Source: the human T2T-CHM13v2.0 reference genome, Homo sapiens
Direction: 5' to 3' (one strand)
DNA length: 64,000 nucleotides
Assembly: GCF_009914755.1 (NCBI RefSeq)
Contig: NC_060927.1
A model generated the notes under the pieces. That model ran no database searches, was not told the DNA's origin, and saw nothing but the letters and a program-made list of their open reading frames with translations. This document shows positions 44,219-62,109 of the stretch, one piece after another (within the stretch, counting starts at the first letter, position 1; the number at the start of each line of letters is the position of its first letter). Made by a program: the position numbers and the translations under genes.

Positions 44219-44629
44219 AAATCCAGAACCACACAGCCCTATGGTCAAACAATCCTACGTTTGTGCCTCTGCTTTTAAAGGTGCTGTGCTGGACAGTTGG
44301 CATGCCAGGGTTCGAGAAGAGTGAATGGCTTGACGTACTTGCAGTTAACTGTGCAAAATTGGCTGGCTGCCTCTGTTCCTACTGTACTGTAACTTTGATC
44401 ATGTCTGTTCCTGTTCCATTCTCCCAGGAGCTTCTCTGCAGACTGACACACCCTCCCCCACCCCGGGTAGTGGAGATGCTGGTGTCTGGGTAGTCATGGA
44501 TTTCTGCTGGACATTTGAATGTGATAAACAATCCAGCATTACTTAGGAAATGCTACATGCGGAATGTGCACGTTTCCAGGGGCGAGTATTGTCAATCAAA
44601 AGGTTTGCAATGATTTCCTTCCTGCCAAA

Positions 44630-44635
44630 AATAAA
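44630..44635 (+). terminator. CTDSPL distal polyadenylation signal AATAAA
   Basis: Canonical hexamer followed about 20 nt later by tcttttgtgg. Confidence 0.8.
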
Positions 44636-47600
44636 CATGTGAAACTGCACTCTTTTGTGGATTGACTACTTTTCTACCAGAAGCGCCTCTCCTCCCTCCC
44701 TTCCCCGCCTCCTGCGCAGCCTCATGCCATCACCTTGGGTCTCCTGGTATCCCCACTTCCGGGGAACAGGGGTGGATGGGAGTGGGGCTGCAGCACTCCA
44801 GGAGCCACAGACTGATTTTCTAGCTCGTCCATCCCACCCAAATTGCCTGTCACTCCAAGGGTGACTGCTGTTCAGCCCCCTGGCTTCCTCCCTCCGGAAG
44901 CAGTATGGCTCACTCTTCTCCCACAAAGATTCCAGCCCTCCCAGCAGGCTGGAAAATGCAGCCTGAGAGAACTGGGGCCTCCCATTCCATAAGAACCACA
45001 GGCATTATATGTGGTGCCTAAACCCATACCCATACCCATGGGCACAGTGGCCAAGATGATTGCCCGATGAAGCACGGCAAGGAGTCGGAAGAGGAGTCAG
45101 GATGTCCCAGGCAGTTTCTCGCAGTGAGACATTCTGTCGCCAGTGCCCTGAACCCAGTCCCTCTGTACATGCAGGTGAGAGAGGCAGCGACTCCTCTGCT
45201 AGAGACTCCTGGCAGGGACTTGGACATGGCTTCGCCACTCTCAGGACTCTTTCTCTTCATGATATCTGATTCGGATAGCACCAGTGTCAATTTCATAAGG
45301 TAAGTCTTATCCCCATTTTGTGGATGAGAAAACAGGCCAGCGAGACAAAGCTCTGCAGTCTGCTCTATCACAAGATACAGGATTCTACCAGGCATGTATA
45401 TTCATCCCAAATAACTCAGGACACAGTATGTGTATCAGCCCAGGAGACCTAATATTTACCCAGAGACAAAACCCCAAATACCCCACAGCTAAGCCTGTGC
45501 CGTGCCCCTAGGTTCTTTGTCATCACAGTGGAGCAGCTGGCCAGCCAGAGAGAAGTCACTGCAGCTTCCTCCCCTGGTTCCAGACTCCTAGGCTGTGTCC
45601 TTTATTCTGCTCCCCAGCCCTCTCTGTCCCTCTCTCACCTTCTCTGGCATCAACCCTGTACCCCACTGCTTCACACCTTTGCATACAGGCAAACAGATAA
45701 AAGGCTGAGAGTTGTGGCAGTGCCTGAGGCTGAGGTATCCTCATGAGTGTCCACTGGTCCCCGAAATAGGTGGGAAGGACACACGGGGCATCAAGAGGGC
45801 ACTTATTTGGGACTTGGACATGCTGAGATATGCCCTTCCGTGTTTTCTAGTTTGAGCACATATCATCTGTGTGTATTACAGGACCAAGGAATGGGCAGGA
45901 AGCCCAGGAGGGTGGGAAGGAGTGGCTGGGAAAAGCCAGCCTGGGAACAGTGGCACATCAGCTGACGAACATTCTGTTGAGCTTATGGATAAGGAGTGCA
46001 TTGAGGGCTTGTGGCCGAGTTGTGGAGTAACCTGGATGCTTGCACGATAAATCTCCTGTGTCAGGGCTGGCTGTGGGTCAGCAGACTGTTCAAGGCCCAG
46101 AGCCATCAACTGGCATGGCCACCAGCCTGACCTCTGAGAACAGAGGCCATCGGGAGGAGGACATGGCCCCAGAGCTTTCCACCTCAAACCTCCATTACAG
46201 CTCCCTCTCCTGGTGCAGTGATTCTCAGCTCTGGCTGAAGCTGTACCCTAGAATTACCTGAGGGGTCTCAAACATACATCCCTCAAGTCCACCACAGACC
46301 ATTTCCAATCTCTGCATATGGGGACCTGCGTCATGTTTTTAAGTGCCAAGATGACTGGAAAGGGCAGCCAGGGCTGAGACCCCCTGCTCTGACTGGCTAC
46401 AGAGGAAAGGCAAGTCCTCCGAAACTGTTCCAGGCCTGATGCCCAGGTGTGGCAAAGGAGCTGTGGCCAGAGCTTTGGGGAAAATGACGTGTTGCTTTAC
46501 CTGAAAGATAGCCATATACATGTTCATTGCTAAAAAGTTGGAAAATCCAGAAAAGTACAGAGAAAAGCCCACCTGGGCACTGGGAGCCTTTCCCAAGGCA
46601 GGGGTGAGGAGGGAGGCCTGGTGAGACCCCTGCCTGGCTGACAGCACCTGCTTTCACACAGGTGGGGAGCAGAGTGGAGCCCCCCACTACACATTGGAAG
46701 GATCACACTGCCCACTAGGCACGGACCCCAGCCTTGCACCACCACCCTTCCAACAGGCCAGGGCTTTCCTGACCCAAGCTGGGTCCTAATGGGTGGGCGT
46801 GCTGCTGGGCAGGACCACAGTGGGCAAGGCAGTGACACCTCTTTGCAGGGGCCCAGGGTTGGTGTTTGGTCTGTCCTCTCACCCAGCTGTTCCCGTGGTG
46901 TCCTCGGGAGGAGTCACTTCCAGCCTATGCAAGCTCCAGTGACCATTGCCACAGCTCCTTCCACATCCTGCAGCCCAGGGCGGGACCACCAGATGTGGGG
47001 ACACATGCGGGCCCATGGCTGCTCCCCTCCAGCGCAAGGAGCCAGGGCATCTCCAGGAGTGGGCTCCAGGACCTGAGTCAACAGTTCTCACTCCCCATCC
47101 CTGTCTGCCCTCAGAGAGGGACGCTCCTCACAGAGCCCGGACTCCACCACGAGAGGCAACATTCTGCACCTGCCTGGGAAAGACTGGAGAAGGCCTGGGG
47201 GATGAAGCCTGGGATAGGATGCCTGAGCCCAGAGAAACTGGGGCGGAGCCTGGACTTATCTTGGGGCCACTCCTTCACCTGGGTCAATATTGACATGGAG
47301 CGGGCTGGGCCTTGGAGATAAGCCAGGCAGGAACAAAGTAGGCCCCAAGCCCTGGAAACTTGATGAGTGAGGGGGTGGTAGATGAAGGGAGGCTGGGGCA
47401 GGAAGAGGGCAGGGCTTTGCTAGCAAGGCAAACTCTGCCCAGGGCCCTTTTGACTCCTGGCAGGCCCCCTTGAAGAGGGGTGGAGGTGGGGATGGGGATG
47501 GGGTGGTGGGACCCCTTTCCTGCTAGGGGGAGGAGGGAGGGGAAGGCTAGGCATCCCACCCTCCCATTCTTGCAGCACCCAGCTGCCTGTGAGCCTGCCC

Positions 47601-48029
47601 TGGGCCTCAGTTTCCCCTCTGTGTGCCTGGGGTGTGACAGCCATGAGCCGGAGGCTGTCCAGGCCAGACTCAAGGCAGTGCTGCTCATCTTGGCCCCAGG
47701 CCAGGCTCTAAGGCCAGACTGCCATCTATCCTGGGCCTGGGATCACAGGTTACAGAGTAGGTGGTTCTGGACAGGGCAGTTCTCTCCAGGTGACATCTTC
47801 TGGTTTGCAGAGACCCAGACAATTCCGAGGGTTGGGGCCTTGGAGAAGTTCTCATGCCCCCCACTAAGCTGCTGACACTGGATTGTGCCAGCTGGGGTAT
47901 CTGGCCCACAACCAAAGTGGAAAGGGGTCACCCCCTCAGCTTCTCAGAGAAGGAGGACTGAGCCCAGTAAAGGGTCCAGATACACACACACACACACACA
48001 CTGGGTCAGGCGCAGGCCACAGAAACATG

Positions 48030-49130
<1,101 letters not shown>

Positions 49131-50929
49131 TTATATTTTACCACAATTTTTTTAAATCTTAGGAAAAAAGATCCCTCTGGCTACTGTGGTAGGATGGTCG
49201 TAGCGGCCAGGCAGACCCAGAGACACAGAGGGAGGCTGGCTCCGGAGCAGGCAGGAGGCGTGAGAGGGAGGGCCAGGCCCAGGATCCACCATGAACCAGC
49301 TGCCGACGGGCCAGTGGCTTGCGGGAGAGAGAAATCAGGGCAACTCCAGGTTTGGGGCCTAAGCACCCTCTGGATGTTCACACTGAACGTGTTCCTGGGG
49401 CTCAGAGAGGGTAGATCTGGGAGGGGCCTGAGGCGATGTTAAATGTGAGACCAAACGTGCTGGGAGAGATGTGACAGACGGAAGATGGAGACTTAGGCCG
49501 GGGCAAGGTTCGGGGGAGTTGGGTCAGGGAGACACTGGCGTTTCCATGCTATTTGCAGCCTTCAGACTGGAACTGGGAAGGAAACTGGAAAACAAACAGG
49601 AGTGAAGGCCCAAGCTCTGCTCCTGCTGCCATTTAGAGGCCTGAAGGAGACAGGTGGAGTGAGAGGGGAAGGAACAATGGTGACTGAACTGACTGCCGCT
49701 TGGTTGACAGCGGGCATTGGTGACTTAGGAAAGAGCCATTGCCAGGGAATTCAAGAACAAACAGAGCGGGTGGGCTGAGGGGAGATGGGGGAAGAGTCGG
49801 TGGGAAGAAGTGAGGACACAGAGTCTTCCTGGGCACAGAGACAAAAAGGGACAGGGAAACGGGTATGCACAGGTACAGTGGACACACTGCCACTGTCACA
49901 GACAGGGTCCCTGTCCCAAGTGGGGATCAGACAGACATGCCAGGATACAGGCACACACATGAGGTCGGACAGGCAATGGCACACATGGGGACGAGCCAAA
50001 TGCCTGTGACACAGGCATCCCTTCACACACAGGGACCCTGCATTGTGTCTGTTAAACACAGTCACACACTAGCTGTAGGTCTTGCTGGACACAGACTGCC
50101 CCCGAGTCCCCAAGTCCCCAGACCCCTGTAACAGAGACCTTTGTGGGGTGAAGACTGAACACAGGGAGAGGGTCTTGGGCAGTGGGCAGGCTTTAGCAGC
50201 GTGGCTTTGATGGGATGGCCCACGCTGGCTGGGCCTTGGCTGGGACTGAGGCCCTAAGCCGCCAAGAGGAGGTTGTGCCCCTGGAGTTTCTGGAAGGCTC
50301 TGTTTGCAGCCCCTCCACCCCACAGTGAGAGAGAGAGAGTGGCAGTGGAGTGGCAGCTGAGGTGAGGGAGAGGTGTCTTCGCTGCAAGAGCTGGACTGGC
50401 CTCTCCCATGATGGGTATCAGGGTTCCCTGAGGAGGGCTGTGCCAGGCAGTGAGCTCACATTTGGGTAGGGACAGCAGAAATATCTAGAGGGAGCCCTGA
50501 CCACCTTCCCCTCCTGAAGTGAGCTGGGTCTCACAGAGCCTGACCCCACAGCCCCCAGCCTTGGTCCTACTTCCTCCTAAAGTTTGCTGGAGTGGCCTGG
50601 CCCTCTTGGTCCAGGCGGAGCCCACCACTCCGGGTGAGGGATCAGGGGCCCATCTAGTACTCCAGAGAAGGAAATCCCAGTATCTTCCACACCCCACCTC
50701 TTAGCCCAGTCCAGGCCTCCATCCCCTGCTCTCTCTGGCCACTGGTACCCAGGCAGTGAGACCTGGGAGACTTAACCATAGCCCTGGGGAGGGCGCTGGT
50801 CCCGACGGCTTGCTCGATATTTGTTGACTGGCTGACTAAGTGAATGCCTAGCCCGCTGAGCACTGTGTGGTGGGGTGTGTCCTGCAGGGCAGGAGCTAGG
50901 ATTGAGTTACAGTGGTGGGGACCAGGAGT

Positions 50930-51040
50930 AGGGAGGCAGAGACTGGCCCCGTGCCAGGCCTAGCACTGCCCACAGGCAGGGCGAAGGCGCGGGAGCAGTT
51001 TCCAGCAGGTAGGCCTGGGCAGAGAGTTGGGGGGCGGGGG
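50930..51040 (+). promoter_or_regulatory. VILL: Candidate VILL non-coding first exon/promoter (donor CAG|GTaggc at 51008/51009, GC box GGGGCGGGG near 51030)
   Basis: Local CpG and GC enrichment, a plausible donor and a GC box. The start position cannot be determined from sequence. Confidence 0.4.
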
Positions 51041-51379
51041 TTTCCAGGGAACCAGTGGGGCAGAGTGGGCTATTCAAGTCAAGGGCATAGAGCATAGGGT
51101 CCCAGGGCTCAGGGCCACAGAGCCTCCGCGGCAGAATTGGGAGGCGGCAGCAGCCCAGCAGGTGAAAACACTGATGGGGCAGGGCAGCTGTGGCCGGCAG
51201 CCCAAGGGGAAGAAAGTGGCAGATTTTGTAGATGGGCAGGGAAGTCCGTGGCCCACAAATTCAGTGTGCCTGCCCCCAACCCTGGCCCCATCCTCCTTTC
51301 CCCTCACTCTAGAGGGCGGCACCACTCCCTGCTCCATGGAAACTGAGCAAGGTAATCTCGGGCTCCCTTCAAAGGTACC

Positions 51380-52050
51380 CACAAAAGAAGGAAGGGCTCC
51401 TGTAGGGAGAGAAAGAGGCACTGGAGGAGGGAGAAAGCGAGGAGAGAGGAGGCACCCAGGGACACGAGGGGCAGGGGGAGAGAAGAGGGGGTGTGTGAAG
51501 CGGGTAGGGAGTGCCCCGGGAAAGAGAGGGGAGCCTGGGGAAGAGAAGGAAAGACCTGGGGAGGAGGGTGGGGAGGGAGAGAGGGAGGGGTGTAGGGGAA
51601 GACAGGGAACCAGGAAAGGAGGAGGTGCCTGGGGAGGAAAAATGGGAGAAAAAGGGAAGGATCCCAGGGGAGAGGGGAAATCAGAGGGGAGAAAGAAGAA
51701 CCAGGGGGAGGCAGGGGCACCCAGTGGGGACAGAGGGAAACCCTGGAAAAGCGGAGGCGTGGGGCATGGGGAGAGAAAGGGAAACCAGGGAAGGAATTGG
51801 GCATCCGGAAGAGAAAGGGGCCCTGAGTGGAGGAAGTGCACCCCCAGGGAAGAGAAGGAGGGCTTCTAGGAGAAGGGAGAGGACCAGGGATAGGAGGGTT
51901 CCCACTTGGGAAGGTGGTGAAAGGGAGTTCCCCAGAGGAAAGAGGGCAGGAGGGTTTGGGAGGCTGGAGGGGGCACTGTGGGGGGTTCCCCTGAGGAAAG
52001 AGGGCAGGAGGGCTTGGGAGGCTGGAGGTGGCACTGTGGGGAGGGAGGAG
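51380..52050 (+). repeat. G/A-rich low-complexity tract upstream of the VILL ATG exon
   Basis: Nearly T-free, purine-rich stretch. Confidence 0.85.
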
Positions 52051-53800
52051 GCCCCCAATCTTTGAGCACCCATTCCTCCCTGGAGTCCAGGTGAAAGAGA
52101 ATGAACACAGGTGCCATGCGAGTGCGACCTCAGCCCTGGCAGCTGAGGGCTTGGCTCTACGGGCTGGGGCTGGATATCAGACGGGCTCCCGGACCCCTGG
52201 GGGCGATGCTGCCTCTCCCAGTGACACCAGCCGAGTCCCAACTTTTTGGCTGCCAGTTTGACTTTCCAGTCCCCCATGTGCCCTGGTTGACACTGTTCTG
52301 AGGCCATCCAGTAGTCTTTCTGGCACTCTGTCACCATGTTGTACTCTTCCATGAGCTACAGCTCACAGTTTCTGTCTGCACCTCTGGTCACTGCCTGCCT
52401 GGGCCTCTGGTAACTGTCACTGGTCACTATTTCTGCCTATTACTCAGTGTCCTTCTACGGGGCCACCACTGGTGGACATCCTGCTTGTCACCCAATGTCC
52501 TCACGTTTTCTGTTGCTTGAGATCACCTTTTCATGGCCACTATGTCTGCCTGTCACTCATGTCATTGTCACACCAACAGGCCATCAACTGTGGCAACAGT
52601 TCTTGGGGCAATTAGGGTGCACGGACGGCTCCCTTCTCTATTCATTTTCACTCAGTCCAGTCGCAGGGCAGCACACTTCACTCATTCAACAACTACTTAC
52701 TGAGTACCTGCTGGGGGCCGGGCAGCTGGGATCCCACAGTAAACAACAAGACAAACCCCTGCCTTCAGGAATCTGCTGCTCTGGTGAGGGAGACCATAGC
52801 CAACAACCATCCTATGGTTTCCATAGGGTGTCGGGAGGAGCTGTGAGCTGTGACGGACCCAGCTCTAACCCCCTAGAAGGACAGCCCACTCTGCCCCTGC
52901 TCCCCTGCCCCACAGCCTCCTCCGCTCCCACATTTCTTTGGCTACATGTTGGGTGTTGCCACAGTGTACTGTGAACTCACCAGGGCCAAACCAGGGGCCC
53001 TGACAAAGGTGTAAGGAATGTGAGCCACTCTATGACACCTATTGTGCCACACCTGATTCTGTAACTCTGTCCCCTCACCTTGTTCTGCCTGGAGCCAAGG
53101 GTGTTCCTGCTATTGATAAGACACAGTGGGAGTGGAGGGGGAGGAGGGAAGGACTAACACACCAGGGTCACCCTGAGTGAGAGATTCAGAAAGAAGTGAC
53201 TTTTGGACCAAACCTCACACACAGGTTTCTGAAGGAGTGGTGCAGGGAAGCCTCAGGTAATTGAATATGAAGTGCCAAGACATAACAAAATCGACAGAAG
53301 TGAGGGTCCCTTCCTTCCCCCAGGTACTTCTCATTCCATGTCACTGTCATTCACTGCCCTCTCATTCTCTCCCTCTCTGCACGCGCAGAACCACAGAGCA
53401 CAGACTCGAGCAAGCTAAATCGCTATTTGCAGAGCCTGTGGCTGTTTGCAGAGCCTGTGTTTATACAGAGTTCAGCTCTGTTTCAAGAATTTGTCAGCTG
53501 AAGCGGGAAGATCACTTGAACCCAGAAGGTGGAGGTTGCAGTGAAGTGTGTTCGAATCATGCACTGCAGGCTAGGGTGGCAGAGCAAGACCCTGTCTCGA
53601 AAAAACTGGAAAAAAAAATTGTCAAGTGTTTATGCCTAATCTGCCCAACCCACTCATATCAGCTGAGCCTGTCACTTGCTGCAGAATCTGAGTCTTCATA
53701 GTCTGTGTGCTGACATTTGTGTGTTTACAGAGCCCTCCTAATAAAAGTCATGTTCTATAATGAAGTTGTACAGGTAGCCAGGTGTCGGTCTCCAGCCTGA

Positions 53801-53929
<129 letters not shown>

Positions 53930-54037
53930 TAGGAGAGTTGGTGACATGGAAGAGCGTGGGGTTTTCCACACTAGGCTTCTCCCGCCCCCAACTCAGAGCG
54001 TCCTCTTCCACCCCACCCCAGCGGGTGTCATGGGTAG

Positions 54038-54175
<138 letters not shown>

Positions 54176-54439
54176 TGAGAGGGGTGGCATGGCCCGGCAC
54201 TGGGGAGACTGAGGCACAGGCATAAACTCTGCCCTGGGAAGCGGCAAGTTGAGAGCCGGAGAATCACATCCCACAAGGGGGCGGTTACCGTTGAGGCTTC
54301 TTAGTCCTTCCCTCCCACTTCCTGATCTCCGCGGAAGCCCCTGCCTAGCGTCTCCCCATGGCCCTTGGTACATCCTCCCCTTCTCCACCCGCACCTCCGT
54401 CTTCCCCGCAACACATATACACAAACACCCGGACCCTAG

Positions 54440-54646
<207 letters not shown>

Positions 54647-54767
54647 TGAGTGCGGGGGCGACCGGGGCAGGAGGGAGCCGTGGAGGCGGTGCCTTGGCTG
54701 GGGCAGTCTTGGGATGGCCATCGTCCACATCCCTGAATGGGGCAAGCCGGGAGGGGTTGGGTAACAC

Positions 54768-55292
54768 CTTTATTGAGATACAACTCATACGCCATACGAT
54801 TCACCCATTTAAAGTACATATACATGTCAGTGATTTTTAACAGTTGTGTGCAACCATCACCACAATTTTAGAACATTTTCATCACCCTAAAAAGAAGCCC
54901 CATACCCCTTTGCCACCACTCCCCATTTCCCTCCAACACCCCCATCCCCTGCCCTAGGCAACCACTCATCTGCTTTGTCTATACATTTGCCTCTTCCGGG
55001 CATGTCATAGAAATAGAATCATTCAACAAATGGTCTTCCCTGACGGGATCTTTTTGTTTTAACACACTGTTTTCATGGTTTATCCATGTTGTAGCATGTG
55101 TTATTACTTCTTTTTATTACCAAGTAATATTGCATTTTATGAATATACTACATTTTATTTATCCATTCATCACTTAATAGACATTTGAGTTGTTTCCACT
55201 TTTTGGCTGCTATGAATCTGTTTTTATGAACATTTGTATACAAGTTTTTGTGTGGACAAATGTTTTCATTTCCCTTGGTATATACCTAGGAG
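54768..55292 (-). mobile_element. L1MB 3' end, antisense, in a VILL intron
   Basis: tttattgagatacaactcata..cacccatttaaagt...ccctaggcaaccact...atatacctagga. Confidence 0.85.
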
Positions 55293-55732
55293 CAGACACC
55301 AATGTTGTTTTGAGTTTGCTTTTATGTTACTGTGCTGGTAGGAATATATCTTTCGCTGTAAATTGCTTCACAGGTGTTTTAAATTAACACTAGCAATATA
55401 TTTGGAAATATAGGAAATTGCTATTTGATCATTTCCATTTCATACAGTTGAACCTATATATGCATATAGCATATACATGAACACATGCACACAAACATAT
55501 GCGCAGATGCAGAAACACACACCACCCTCATGTATGTCCACCTATAGATGGACATGTGTGAATATCCATGTTCACCTACACACATATATGCTGTTGCCCA
55601 CTTTCATGCACTCACCATCTAGACTTACAGGGATAAACAAATACACAGTGTGCCCCCAAATGTATGTACATGTACACATATATGCATGTGTCCACATGAC
55701 TACGCATGGAAGTGCACTACACATGGAAATGA

Positions 55733-56056
<324 letters not shown>

Positions 56057-57078
56057 TGAACTCGGCTCAGACTGGGTGTACTGAGGTATAAGGAGGTTGG
56101 AAATTGGCTGGGGTTGTGGGGAACAAGGAGCTGTCAGCATTCCCAGATGGTCTTGAATGAGGAGAACAGAGAGGACACCAGGCTTCTAGCCCCACTTCTG
56201 CCACTGCTCCCCGGACCTTTTGTTTATGCGTCTATCTCAGGGACATATTGAGAACATGGGCACAGCTACTTGGGAGGCTGAGGCAGGAGGATCGCCTGAG
56301 CCCAGGAGTGATTCATGATGACACCACTGTACTCCAGCAGCTTGGGTGACAGAGAAAGACCCTGTCTCTGAAACAAAAAAAGAACTTGGGCAGATGGGGC
56401 AGATGATATGGCGCCTGTGAATGGTCCTTGTTAGCAGCACAGTGAGAGGTGGTGCATAACCTCGCACTCTCTCACACACATTGTCATTGTCACCTATATG
56501 CACACACACTGTCTCCCACTGTTATCCCCGGGTGCTCCTCTGGTCCATAGAGTGCCCTTGTGCAAATCAGAACAGTGCCCCTTTCTTCCATCTGTCAGGA
56601 AATTACAGGAAAATACTGGTTTTGTTAGAACAAAACATTTTGCTGCCATCTGGCCAGAATTTGGTGTAATGAACATTCAGGTGTACAACGTCTACAGTGT
56701 GAATGGTAACCCTTGAGGTATGCAAGTGAGTCTGCATAGGCAGCCTGTGACACAGAGACAATCCCACATAGGCTCTGCATGTCACCCACAGACCCAGTGA
56801 CCATACATCTCTGGTCATTCAGGGACACCATGAAGCCCCATGTTTCTCCTATTATCCTGGCATAATTATCTAAAGTACTCCCTTTTACTCTCAAAAGTGT
56901 GTCCGTTTGGAGACTATCTTCATCCATAGGTATTCACTGTCACCATAAGCACACTTCTTCACATGTGATGTCCCCATATACATACATGTGTATATGCACA
57001 CACACAAAAGATAAACAGATACACCCCACCTGTATACATGTGTACATGTATACATGTACAGCAACAGACATGCACTGA

Positions 57079-57414
<336 letters not shown>

Positions 57415-57640
57415 TGATCCTCCAGTTGACCATCCTCCGGCCACCCAAAGAGTTGGGCTTGGCTCTGCTACAACCCAAGAAACGCCTATGAGTTACAAGC
57501 TGAGTTCAGACCCTGCATTGTTGGTGTCCCCCTGGATGCCAGGATGAGGGGACATCAGCCCTTCTCCCCATCAGCCTCTGGGAGCTGAGCAGTGACAGGA
57601 GAAGTCTCTGCTGTGAGAGGGCACACTGGTGACACCCTGA

Positions 57641-57865
<225 letters not shown>

Positions 57866-58200
57866 TGAGTACCCCTGGGGTGGGCAGGGGTGGGTGGGAC
57901 AGTCCAGGACTCTGTGTCCATCACTACTGCAATAACACGGCATCTCTAGAAGGCCCTCCAGCAAAGGCTGCTGGGTTTCTGGGACAGGTCATGTGGACCG
58001 TGGGTCCAGCCTGTACTCTTCCATGGCATGTGGCTGCCTTGCTGAGAAACCTATTGTACATACAGGGGGACTGTGGCGCCCTGCCAGGGCCAGGGAGCTG
58101 CCTAAAGCTCCACAGCAAGGCTGCAGTAAAAGTGAAGACTACAACTCGGGGCCCCAGCCCCCATGCCTTCTGTCTCTGAGGGACTGGGGTGGGGTCCTAA

Positions 58201-58645
<445 letters not shown>

Positions 58646-59072
58646 TAGAGTTTGAGTTGGGAAATCCTATGCTGGAGTCTTAAAGGGGAGGTAGCCCTGC
58701 CCTGGGAGCCCTGAGAGTAAAGACCAGGTGGCCTCTGAGAAACCATGTGTAAAAGGGGCACGTGGCCCTGCCTTCAGGTCTGGGGCCCTACTGACTGGGC
58801 GGTCCCGCTTTCTGAGGGTGGGGCTGGGGAGGAGACAGGGCTCTCTCTGTCTGGGGTCCGTGAGGGTTGACATGGCCTGTCCTGCACGAGGCCTAGACTA
58901 AGGGGGCCCTGCCTGCCCTCAGGGACCTCAGAGAAGTCGGTGGTGACAGAGTCAATTCGCTAAGTGGGTCATGAGCTCGGTTAATTAACGCTTCTTGGAG
59001 CTCGGCTGTCCCAGAGCGGTAGGTCCCCAGGAGCGGCAGTGGGGCAGTGGACTCTCAGGGTCGCAGGACTGA

Positions 59073-59699
<627 letters not shown>

Positions 59700-61305
59700 T
59701 AAAGTGACCCAGGTGCACATCCACACACAATCAGGGACACAAAGGGACACGTGTACATTTACATACTCTCCTAGCAGGCAGTTCATACATAGTCACGCCT
59801 AATCATACACAGCCACGGGCACTCACACAACACAGACACACAGTACAGTAACACTTGGACACTTAAATTCTCCCTGTAGTCACATGTAGGACAAAATCAA
59901 ACATATGCTTATACAGACACACATACTAACACCTTGTAATTGCACATAATCACAGCCAAGTACACAACCACAAATATGAAGCTGCAAAAACTCTACATCA
60001 GACATGACCACGGTCACACACAACCATCAATCCGCAGAGACACACCAACACAGACACACGATCACACATCATCAATTACAGCCCCACACACCCAACCCCA
60101 ATTAACAGCCATACACTGTCAACCACTCATCTGGTCTCAGCCCAGTGTCCTGCGAGACGCAGGGGTTGAGGGCTACTTCCAGGCTCTGTAGAGGGTGTGG
60201 TTGTATCTTGACTTGTTGGCTGACCCCCTAGGCAGAGCCCTGAATTTTTTAGGCCCTAGTTTTTAAATAAAGTGGGGTCAGAAACTGTGGTCCCATCTGG
60301 CCCCAAGGCTGATGTGGGGATCCTGTGGTCTTGTGGGAACAGAACTGCTGGGCCTATGCGAGGGGTCCTAGTTCTCGAGGTAGGTGGAGGTCAGAGAAAA
60401 GGCAAGATTTCCTTCTTCCTTTGCCCTAATATGGATGGACAGAAGTGATGAGTGGGAAGAGACTGAGAGAGGAGGAGATGGGGCAAGGGGGAAGAAGGGG
60501 GAGACAGGGAAAGAGGAAGACAGGGAAGGAGCACAAAGAGAGACAGAGAAGAAAAGACTGGGAAGGACAGGGGATGAGGAGGAGGCAGAGGGAAGGGAGG
60601 AGGAGGTGGGGTGGAGGAAGAGCAGGGAGAGGGGGTACAGGGAGAAGAGAGGGAGGGTCAGTGATAGATGGGATACACAGAGAGAGACAGAGAGCCAGAC
60701 AGTGGGAGAGGGAGACAGGAAAGCAGAAGGAAAGGCGAGGGACGGAGGGAAAGAGAGCCCTGGGACTCAGGTGCCAAGCACAAAGTCAGGGACAGGATCC
60801 CTCCTGGTAGGCAGTGGACAGGCAGGCAGAGACAGGGCCTGAGCCAGGGGTCCTGGCTGCCCGGTAATTGCCACTGTTAGGTGGCCTGTAGTCAAGTCAG
60901 CCACTTTTGTGAAAGACAGGGCTCTGGCTGCTCTGGTCTGGAGGTCGGCTCCCCAGGGACAACTGTCAGGGTCAGTGTGGGAAAGGACACCCAGGCATTG
61001 TCTCCTGCCATGCAGAGGTGAGGTAAGGGAGGCGTCATCATCCCCAATATACAGGTGGGAAAGGCCCGAAGCTTAGAACAATGTCACTGCCAACACAGGG
61101 CCTACCTGGGATTTGACCAGAGTCCGCCTGGCTCCAGGCTCTGCCACCCACAGGAAGAAGAAACTACACTGACAGATGTGAGACAGTGTTTCCCCTTCAG
61201 TCTTTGAACAGGCTTTGTGTTTTCTAAATGACACTGGATAAAAGGGAATTCATTCAAGAGCTCCAAGGCTTCCCTTTCCGCCCGGCTTCTGTTGCCCTGG
61301 CCTGA

Positions 61306-61836
<531 letters not shown>

Positions 61837-61839
61837 TGA

Positions 61840-62109
<270 letters not shown>

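Larger units (their letters stand above)
41048..44650 (+). other. CTDSPL: CTDSPL 3'UTR (~3.6 kb)
   Basis: No recognisable interspersed repeat after the stop codon; AU-rich blocks; ends after AATAAA at 44630-44635 with a U/GU-rich downstream element. Confidence 0.85.

Noticed and set aside
51027-51869. 280-aa ORF and the overlapping 255/223/184-aa ORFs
   Set aside because: They arise from T-poor, purine-rich low-complexity sequence that lacks stop codons; the G/E/K/R-biased products have no recognisable domain.
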